Source of the DNA: Aeropyrum pernix K1
GTDB taxonomy: Archaea; Thermoproteota; Thermoprotei_A; Sulfolobales; Acidilobaceae
Reading direction: 5' to 3'
Assembly (NCBI RefSeq): GCF_000011125.1
Contig: NC_000854.2
Span: forward strand, 1,440,001 to 1,472,000
DNA: 32,000 bases
Positions 1 to 6,780 of this stretch are shown here, piece after piece. Below the pieces are notes generated by a model that saw only the letters and a program-made list of their open reading frames with translations, was not told the DNA's origin and did not search any database. Numbering within the stretch: position 1 is the first letter of the stretch; each line of letters starts with the position of its first letter. Made by a program: the position numbers and the translations under genes.

Positions 1-951
1 GCTTTCAGGACCTGGCTTACCGTGGGCGTGCTTCTTACAGGGGCTGCGGGCGTTCTGAGGCTTCTAGACCCCCTCAGCTACGAGTGGCTGCTGGCATGCC
101 AGGTCCTCGCTGCACTGGGCCAGCCCCTACTACTCAACTCCTTCGCCCCCGCAGCATCAACAATCAGGCCAGAGCGTAGGGATACCGTGGTCTCGCTCCT
201 AAGTTTCGCCATGTACCTGGGAATCATATACGCCCTAGGAACAGGCTACTACATCTACACCAGGCTCGGCCTCCAATGGTTAAACATACCTATCGCAGCT
301 GTATCGGCAGCCAGTGTAATACTGTATGTAGCAGGTCTACCAGCATTACCTCAGCAGGCGGGGTCAGGTCTCGGTTTCAAGGATGTGGTGTCAGAGTTTA
401 GACTATTGGCTGGCAGGAGGGATCTATGGCTTCTCGGCCTAATACTAGGCTTGGGTGTGGCACTGTTCGACAACATGTCGATATGGCTTGAGGCCGCGCT
501 GTCACCGAAGGGACTGGGAGACATAGCTGGCAGCTCTGTAGCCTTAGCACTCTTGGCAGGCCTGGTGGGCGTTGCGGTCATACCCCCCAGGGTTGTTAGG
601 GTTGGGTTAAGATCGTGGTACATCAGGGCGGCGGCGCTACTAGTAGCCGTATTATACCTAGCCTTAGCACTGGAGACGAGCAGGCTAGCAGTGCAAACTT
701 TGATCCCGCTGGCGGGGCTTGTCATGCTCCCCGCATACCCAGTGATAATGGAGTGGATATCAACCTACTACGATAAGCGGCTCCAGGGCAAAGCTGCAGG
801 GGCCATAGGGTTCGTGAGCAGGATCCTCACAGTATCCCTCGCATCGGCCGCTACACTATTCCTCTCTAGCCCCTCAGCCTACTTCACATTCCTAGCAGTA
901 CTTTCAACAATAGCATTTGCCATAGCCCTTCTACTCCCCTCAGACCGCTGA
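1..951 (+). CDS. Polytopic membrane transporter (MFS-like), 5'-truncated by the window edge
   Basis: Frame 1 is open from nt 1, with no stop before the GTG at 22, and stops at 949-951. It has about 9 Ala/Leu/Gly-rich hydrophobic helices with short basic loops (RPERRD, GRRD). Family assigned by eye only. Confidence 0.6.
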   Translation, partial: AFRTWLTVGVLLTGAAGVLRLLDPLSYEWLLACQVLAALGQPLLLNSFAPAASTIRPERRDTVVSLLSFAMYLGIIYALGTGYYIYTRLGLQWLNIPIAAVSAASVILYVAGLPALPQQAGSGLGFKDVVSEFRLLAGRRDLWLLGLILGLGVALFDNMSIWLEAALSPKGLGDIAGSSVALALLAGLVGVAVIPPRVVRVGLRSWYIRAAALLVAVLYLALALETSRLAVQTLIPLAGLVMLPAYPVIMEWISTYYDKRLQGKAAGAIGFVSRILTVSLASAATLFLSSPSAYFTFLAVLSTIAFAIALLLPSDR

Positions 952-997
952 AAAACGGTATGGGAAAGTTTTGGCACGCTCCTGCCGTTCCCTAACC

Positions 998-2641
998 TTA
1001 TTTGAGGAGCAGCCTTAAGACCGCTGCAGCCACGACAAGTGCAGCCAGCACTATAATTAGAGTGCGCGTGTCCAGCCCGAGGACGCTCCATATCGATGTT
1101 GTTACCGTGGATAGCGTCTTGGTTATTGTACCTATCGTTGCCGTATACGTTCCCACTTCGGTAAAAGTCTCTGTCTTGGTAACTGTTGCTGTTGCACCTC
1201 CTGTTACAGTCGATGTTACAGTTCTATAGCTTGTACTCGTCTCTGTTACAACCACAGTAGATGTTGAGCCTGCACCGCCTCCGGAGGCTCCACTTCCTGG
1301 TTCTTCTCCAGAGAGAATTTTCTGGATATCACTGCTAGAGAGGTAGATGAGGGCGTAGTTGTTGGAGAAGCTTAGCTCAGCGCCACCACCCTCCACAGCT
1401 ATGTATGCAACAAGGTCCTCGCCGGTATATCCCGAGTCAGGGAGGCTCAGCTCGACTCCTATAGTGTAAGTCCGTTTATCGCTCACGGCCAGGGGTGTAT
1501 CGTAGATGGCGGAAGCGCTGTAGACAGGGGTCTCCTCGTTGCTCCCGAGGAGCATAGCCCATATGAGCAGGTCATCCGTCATGTCGGCGTCTCCCATGTT
1601 GAAAACTTCTACGTCAGCCTCAATCACAATAGTAGGGCCCTCCTTGACAGCATAGCTGGTGTTCAGGAGCGTTAGAGCTGGGTCTGGAGGGTCTGTTGTC
1701 ATGCCTTTGGTCTTCAAGCCTCCAGCCGAAGTCACGGGCGCGCCCTTCCCGTCTAGGTCGAAAACAATTATCGGCGGCATCTTGGGCGACGACACTATGG
1801 GGGGTAACGCGGATATCTCCTTCTCGATAAGCCTCTTGAGGTGCGTCATAACCTTGGGGTCAGCCTCAAACTTGAACCACTTCCACGCAGGGTCGCTACC
1901 CTTGACGAGCTTCGAAGAGAGCGTAGAGAGTGCTGGATCTGAGGAGCTGGCGTAGAGTCTCGGCGTCCTCTTCAGTATGTTGCAAACCTCTAGCATGTCC
2001 TTAACAGTACCCCTTATCATAGACTCAGTCTTCTTGGGATCGGACGCGAGAGAGTCGGGGTCACGGCCTTTGATTATAGATGCCACAGCATGGCCGAGTG
2101 GAGGGCTATAGCCTTTGTGGGCGAAGGAGTCTTGGAGAGCGTGGAGGTAGACGCCATAGCCTGCTAGTACGCCCTGTGTTGGCCCCGCAGAGACGAAGCC
2201 CCCGTGGGCCGAGGACTTGCTCTTGGACAGGTAGGATGCTACTTCGGAGGGGCTGCCCATCGAGTGGAGCGTCTTCAGCTGTGTTGTATACCTATTATAC
2301 TCGTCGATAATAGCCCTAACAATAATATCAGGGAGCAGGACGTAAGCGGCCTTTCCATACCTCTTCACATAATCGTTTATTGTCTTCTTTATGGCGGTGC
2401 TGAGGCCGGGAAGAGGTGAGGTATCCGAGTCTAAGTCTACAGACATGTTCGCACTGGCTATAATTCTAGCCTCTATCGGCTCGAAGCAAGTAGCCAGGGC
2501 TAGGTAGTAGGTTAGGTAATAGTGAGTGTCCTTCTCATAGGCTTCGGCAGTGTAGACAGCCGGTGCAGATGGGGCTACGAGGGCTATCACTAAAGCTGCT
2601 GACACAAGTTTTAAAAACACGCTTCTAGGTTTTTGCACCAA
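998..2641 (-). CDS. Secreted, C-terminally anchored surface protein with a possible metal-hydrolase (H-x3-D-x3-H) motif
   Basis: 547-aa ORF with TTG/GTG start at 2641/2638 and GGAGG 8 nt upstream. N-terminal signal-like helix (FLKLVSAALVIALVAPSAPA). Motifs THYYLTYYLA and YLHALQDSFAHKGY. Thr-rich stalk (TSTVVVTETSTSYRTVTSTVTGGATATVTKTETFTE...). Terminal TM helix plus a basic tail (RLLLK). Confidence 0.7.
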   Translation of the reverse strand: MVQKPRSVFLKLVSAALVIALVAPSAPAVYTAEAYEKDTHYYLTYYLALATCFEPIEARIIASANMSVDLDSDTSPLPGLSTAIKKTINDYVKRYGKAAYVLLPDIIVRAIIDEYNRYTTQLKTLHSMGSPSEVASYLSKSKSSAHGGFVSAGPTQGVLAGYGVYLHALQDSFAHKGYSPPLGHAVASIIKGRDPDSLASDPKKTESMIRGTVKDMLEVCNILKRTPRLYASSSDPALSTLSSKLVKGSDPAWKWFKFEADPKVMTHLKRLIEKEISALPPIVSSPKMPPIIVFDLDGKGAPVTSAGGLKTKGMTTDPPDPALTLLNTSYAVKEGPTIVIEADVEVFNMGDADMTDDLLIWAMLLGSNEETPVYSASAIYDTPLAVSDKRTYTIGVELSLPDSGYTGEDLVAYIAVEGGGAELSFSNNYALIYLSSSDIQKILSGEEPGSGASGGGAGSTSTVVVTETSTSYRTVTSTVTGGATATVTKTETFTEVGTYTATIGTITKTLSTVTTSIWSVLGLDTRTLIIVLAALVVAAAVLRLLLK

Positions 2642-2775
2642 ATAACATCCTCCAACCCAACTTCTAAATGGTTAGTACCACTTCTTGTGGAGAACGTTAT
2701 TATAACCACATATATATTTTATAGTGAAGATACATACCAGTGAGAGATCACCGTATAGGAAACAATAGAAAACAC

Positions 2776-4758
2776 CTAGAGTTCCCTCAACACCCTTCCG
2801 GGCTCCTCCTGGAAAGCCGATCCGTAACCAACTAGTATCACTGTATCCGGCTGAAGGGCATCAAGTATCTCAGGCCTGTTTGTAGAAACTATGAGCGTTA
2901 TGCCTTTGCTTCGAGCCAGCTTGCCGAGCTTTCGCGCTATCCTCCTCGCTGTCAACGGGTCCAGGTGAGCCATAAACTCGTCTATAACCAGTAGATTGGG
3001 TCTCTCTGCCAGGAGGCTGGCTAGTTTAGCCCTCTCCTTCTGCCCTGTGCTGAGCTCTCCGAAGCTGGCTCTGAAGAATATTGCGTCACCCAGGCCCACA
3101 CTGCTGAGGACCTCGACAGCAGCCCCCGGGTCGCCGAGCTTAGAAGCCACATGCTCCAGCAGCGTCTCACCACCGAAGGATGGCTCCAGCTCGCCCGGGA
3201 GGAGTGCGGCCGCCTTGGTGTTTGTTGGTATCTTAACCACGCCGCTATCAGGCCTATAACCCTCGCCACCTATACCCAGCGCCTTTCCGAGTATCATTCG
3301 TAGCAGTGTGGTCTTCCCCGCCCCGCTGGCGCCGACGACCGCTGCCACGCTCCCTGGGTTCACAGTTATATTAACATCCTTCAGGACATACCTTTCCACC
3401 ACCCTCCTTTCGGCGCCGAACGCTCTTAGCACATCCTGAAGCTCCCTAGGCAGCCTCTCTATATCGAGGACGCTTCTGTAGGATTTTGTAACCCCCACTA
3501 GTGATTCAGGCTCGCTCAGCATCTCTACGGGGCTATATCTAGGCCTGTAGAGGACGCCTCCATGGCTTTTAGCCACGGGATCGCTGGACAGGAACTTTTC
3601 GATTATTCGCCTAGCCTCCTCTGTTAGTGGGTGCATAAGTACCGGCCGGCCGCTAGCCGTGTCCCACATGTACTTGAAACCTGCGCGCTCGAAGAAGGGA
3701 TTGTACCTGGCCATCTGTGCTATAGTCTCCACAACATGCTTAGCCCTCCTCATCTCCGGTATCCTCCTCTCCCTGATCCACTCTAGAGCCAGGCTAACAG
3801 AGGCTACCCCAAGCCCGTCTCCCCTATAGTCTGGGTGGACTACAACACGGGCTATCCTTGCGGCGGCCGTGTTAGCCCTTCTAAGTGCTTCATCAGCTAT
3901 CTCCTCGCCTACAGCAGCCCTGGCGATTCTCCTGCTGCCGTATAGCTTGGCGAGCTCCCTGAACCTGGCCAGCAGGCTTCGCCTATTACGGGGTTCTACT
4001 GGCCAGAAGGTCGGGTGGAACCAGTATTTCGGGAACACCTTTTCTCTTATCATCTTCTCGACTCCAAAACCTCCCCCAGGCTTGGGGACGCGGCGGTGCA
4101 TCAGGGGTATCGGGGTGTCAACCCTCACGTAACCCACTATCCTTGGCTCGTACGGCTTGCGGTCTAGAAGTTCGACAACCATGAATCTGCTGCTGGGCAG
4201 GCTTCCCCTTATTTCCTGGAGCTTCATGGGAACTCCGTCTCTAGGGCATTCTGGCTGTAGATTACTCTCTAGATAGACCCCGCATACTGGACACCTCCAT
4301 ATAGCTACTATCTCCTCTTTGCTGGCGTAGTGGTACTGTTCAAGCCCAACTATCTCTTTATAATCCTCCTCGGTTTGGGCCTCCCTGGCGAGGAGTCTAT
4401 AACTATATACCCTCCTGCCGGTGATAGTCTCCCTGTCAATCGATACAACCTTTCTCCAAACAGGCCATACTAGAACCCTCTCCCCTCTATAGATTCTCCA
4501 GAGCCTGTAACTCTCCCTAGGTGCAACCATGACACCATCTATATCCTCGGGTTCCTCGTGAAGCTCTAGCTCAACAGTTTCGCCGGGCGAGAACCAGCGG
4601 GCTATGCCGCCAGTCATAAACAAATGGAGTCTTCCTCCCTCGTGCTCTACAGTAAGTCCGCCCAGCCACCTCCAGCCCACGCGGGGTATACGCTGCCCGA
4701 TTACTTTAGCCTTAAAAGGCCTCATGAGGGGAGGGTTGTGAGAGGACACACAATACAC
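2776..4758 (-). CDS. ABC-type ATPase fused to a GNAT acetyltransferase-like domain (COG2401-like), with N-terminal domain of unknown function
   Basis: 660 aa. GNAT motif A-like VVVHPDYRGDGLGVASVSLALEW (aa ~305-327) and CPVCG-x11-C (aa 156-171). C-terminal NBD has Walker A GASGAGKTT (aa 476-484), signature LSTGQKERA and Walker B/D-loop LLVIDEFMAHLD. TATA (minus-sense TTTATA, 4786-4793) lies ~28 nt upstream of the GTG at 4758. Confidence 0.85.
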   Translation of the reverse strand: MYCVSSHNPPLMRPFKAKVIGQRIPRVGWRWLGGLTVEHEGGRLHLFMTGGIARWFSPGETVELELHEEPEDIDGVMVAPRESYRLWRIYRGERVLVWPVWRKVVSIDRETITGRRVYSYRLLAREAQTEEDYKEIVGLEQYHYASKEEIVAIWRCPVCGVYLESNLQPECPRDGVPMKLQEIRGSLPSSRFMVVELLDRKPYEPRIVGYVRVDTPIPLMHRRVPKPGGGFGVEKMIREKVFPKYWFHPTFWPVEPRNRRSLLARFRELAKLYGSRRIARAAVGEEIADEALRRANTAAARIARVVVHPDYRGDGLGVASVSLALEWIRERRIPEMRRAKHVVETIAQMARYNPFFERAGFKYMWDTASGRPVLMHPLTEEARRIIEKFLSSDPVAKSHGGVLYRPRYSPVEMLSEPESLVGVTKSYRSVLDIERLPRELQDVLRAFGAERRVVERYVLKDVNITVNPGSVAAVVGASGAGKTTLLRMILGKALGIGGEGYRPDSGVVKIPTNTKAAALLPGELEPSFGGETLLEHVASKLGDPGAAVEVLSSVGLGDAIFFRASFGELSTGQKERAKLASLLAERPNLLVIDEFMAHLDPLTARRIARKLGKLARSKGITLIVSTNRPEILDALQPDTVILVGYGSAFQEEPGRVLREL

Positions 4759-4958
4759 CCTTTTCTAGAGTTTCTGGCTACACAAGTATAAACACGATCT
4801 AGTTTGAAACTATGCTCACTACCCAAATTTTAGACAGGCATTTCACAAGCAGGCTAAACAGCAATGCTGCTAGCACCGATTATAATCACCTTTATCATCC
4901 TCCTTACTAGTTCGAGAGCGTCATGTGCTCTATATGTAAAATGAGACACCCCTTCAAG

Positions 4959-4982
4959 TTTATTAAAAACATTTTTTTAGCA
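4959..4982 (+). promoter_or_regulatory. TATA/promoter-like element, copy A (TTTATTAAAAACATTTTTTTAGCA)
   Basis: AT-rich box ~35-58 nt upstream of the GTG at 5017. A near-identical copy lies at 5392-5412. Confidence 0.4.
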
Positions 4983-5016
4983 GACAGTCACATTAGAACA
5001 TTACGGTGCACAAGAC

Positions 5017-5121
5017 GTGGAGGAGTTCGAGTGTAAGGAGTGTGGAGTGAAGTTTGCTACAAAAGAAGAATTCGAGAAGCACATTAAAGAACACCACTCA
5101 CATCACCACCATCATCATTGA
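5017..5121 (+). CDS. 34-aa classical C2H2 zinc-finger microprotein with His-rich C-terminal tail
   Basis: Not in the ORF track because it is under 60 aa. GTG 5017 to TGA 5119-5121 translates to (M/V)EEFECKECGVKFATKEEFEKHIKEHHSHHHHHH. This fits F-x-C-x2-C-x3-F-x5-F-x2-H-x3-H exactly. In-frame TAG at 4978-4980. GGTG at 5005-5008 is a weak SD, and the promoter-like box sits at 4959-4982. Confidence 0.6.
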   Translation: MEEFECKECGVKFATKEEFEKHIKEHHSHHHHHH

Positions 5122-5391
5122 CTGTAACAAACAACTGAGAGTAACTGTAACTCCTTTTAAACATATATTTCTGATTCGCTAATGTAATATCTTAACTCAA
5201 CCTTGGTCAATCCAGCACCTTTAGGACGTCGGGACCGCGTGATATCGTGATATAATGTGGAAGGATTATCATGTAGGTTTTTCGAGGGATTTCCCTCCAC
5301 GCCTTCACTAGCTTATTAGCTTCTTAGACGGCTATTGAGGTTGGTTAATTAGACATCATTGTGTAAACTCAAGATAGCGCCTTAAACTGTC

Positions 5392-5412
5392 TTTATTAAA
5401 ATATTTTTAGCA
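5392..5412 (+). promoter_or_regulatory. TATA/promoter-like element, copy B (TTTATTAAAATATTTTTAGCA)
   Basis: Second copy of the 4959-4982 element, ~150 nt upstream of the Trx-CcdA start at 5563. GAGGAGG occurs at 5524-5530. Confidence 0.35.
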
Positions 5413-5562
5413 TATACGTATTCCCAGGGCAACGCTATGTTACCCGGGCCCGACAGAGGTTCTCATAATAGTTCTGCTTAATCTCTCGAGTGTAACGACT
5501 GTTTATTGGTTTTTGGGGGATTTGAGGAGGTATTGGGAAGGCTTCGGGTCCGAGTGGCTTGA

Positions 5563-6762
5563 ATGGTGGTTTGTGTGATGGATCAGTCGGGGGGCCTCAG
5601 GCTGGGTGGGCGTAGCTCTCTGACTTTAGGCATGGTTGTCCTGTTTGGGGTGGCGCTAGGTGGAGCAATTTTAGGGTTCCTGGCGGGAGAGCTTAGCCAG
5701 ACTTCTCTAGTATACTCGTCCCAGTGTTATCTGAAATCTTCCTCTCAGCTCGAAGGATTAGTAGAAGCTAGCGGGAGGATAGCTGTTATGTTTTCTAGTG
5801 AGACTTGCCCTACCTGCAAGGTAATAGAGCCGGTCTGGACGGAATTATGCGAGAGTGGCGGTTATAAGGGGGTCAGGCTGGCGGTGATAAAGCTTGATAA
5901 TGATACTGCTGATGCTTTCCTGAAGAACAACGTTACGGGCACACCCACTTTCATACTCTTCGAGAACGGTAAGGAGCTGTCGAGGTATGTTGGAGCGTTT
6001 AAGGGAGACATTGAAGACGGTATTAAGGAATGGATAGACGCCAGCCTTAGGCAGGACGGAGCTTCCGGCGGCACCACAGAAATTTTCGGGGGATCAGCTA
6101 CACCGGTTAACACCTCCAGTCAAGGAGCTATTCTATCACTTTCCAGTACTGTGACAATTATGACGGCTTTCCTAGCAGGCTTCATAGCAGCCCTGTCGCC
6201 CTGCGTTCTGCCTGTTCTCTATTCGTACATAACAGGGCTAGGCGTATCCTCAGGGGGAAAGCCGCCTGTCCATGCTATAATCCTCGCCCCCATGCTGGCC
6301 GCCCTTGGAGCCGCCTCGATAGGCGCGCTCTTCCTAGGCCTTGGAAGCGTGCTTGAGCCTTTCCGCCAGGCTCTCCTTTTCGCTGCATCCATAGTGCTAG
6401 TATCAGCTGGCATCCTTGAGCTGATGGGAATACCAACCTATACTGCCATAAGGATTAGGAGTGGCGGCGGTTTGTTCGGTTTCAGTCTTCTATATGGCGT
6501 GCTGTCGGTTCAATGCAGCCTCCCACTGGTACTGGGCGGCCTTCTGCTTGTGGCAGGTGGCGGCTTAGAAGCGGGTCTTATTTCCCTAGCGGCCTTCTCT
6601 ATCGGAATCGGGATGCCAGTAGCAATAGCGGTTGCAGCAGTTAGAACGGGGATAGCGAGGGTTCCGGGGATACTGGGTTCGGCTAGGCTGTTGAAGGCAG
6701 GTTATCTCGCAGTATCCATAGGTGGTGTGTATATGCTTGCATACTCGCTTGGCGTGATATGA
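5563..6762 (+). CDS. ccdA: Membrane-anchored thioredoxin domain fused to CcdA/DsbD-type thiol-disulfide electron transporter
   Basis: 399 aa. N-terminal TM helix, then a Trx fold with the active site SSETCPTCK (C82/C85) and the cis-Pro loop GTPTF. A Gly/Ser linker leads to a 6-helix CcdA-like core with the two conserved Cys in ALSPCVLPVL (C214) and SVQCSLPLV (C318). An in-frame TGA lies immediately before the ATG at 5563. Confidence 0.85.
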   Translation: MVVCVMDQSGGLRLGGRSSLTLGMVVLFGVALGGAILGFLAGELSQTSLVYSSQCYLKSSSQLEGLVEASGRIAVMFSSETCPTCKVIEPVWTELCESGGYKGVRLAVIKLDNDTADAFLKNNVTGTPTFILFENGKELSRYVGAFKGDIEDGIKEWIDASLRQDGASGGTTEIFGGSATPVNTSSQGAILSLSSTVTIMTAFLAGFIAALSPCVLPVLYSYITGLGVSSGGKPPVHAIILAPMLAALGAASIGALFLGLGSVLEPFRQALLFAASIVLVSAGILELMGIPTYTAIRIRSGGGLFGFSLLYGVLSVQCSLPLVLGGLLLVAGGGLEAGLISLAAFSIGIGMPVAIAVAAVRTGIARVPGILGSARLLKAGYLAVSIGGVYMLAYSLGVI

Positions 6763-6780
6763 GCTGGGGGGCCTTGTTAA

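Noticed and set aside
5284-5303. GAGGGATTTCCCTCCACGCC looked like an archaeal origin recognition box (ORB), and the AT-rich island like a possible oriC
   Set aside because: The order and orientation of the TTTCC and CTCCAC parts do not match the ORB consensus as I recall it (CTCCAC-AGGAAAC-GGAGGGG). There is only one copy, no inverted ORB pair and no adjacent orc1/cdc6 gene.
5533-5562. 9-codon uORF (TTG GGA AGG CTT CGG GTC CGA GTG GCT TGA) ending right at the Trx-CcdA ATG (TGAATG), preceded by GAGGAGG
   Set aside because: The SD-to-TTG spacing is only 2-4 nt and the peptide has no distinguishing features. It cannot be separated from chance without ribosome profiling.
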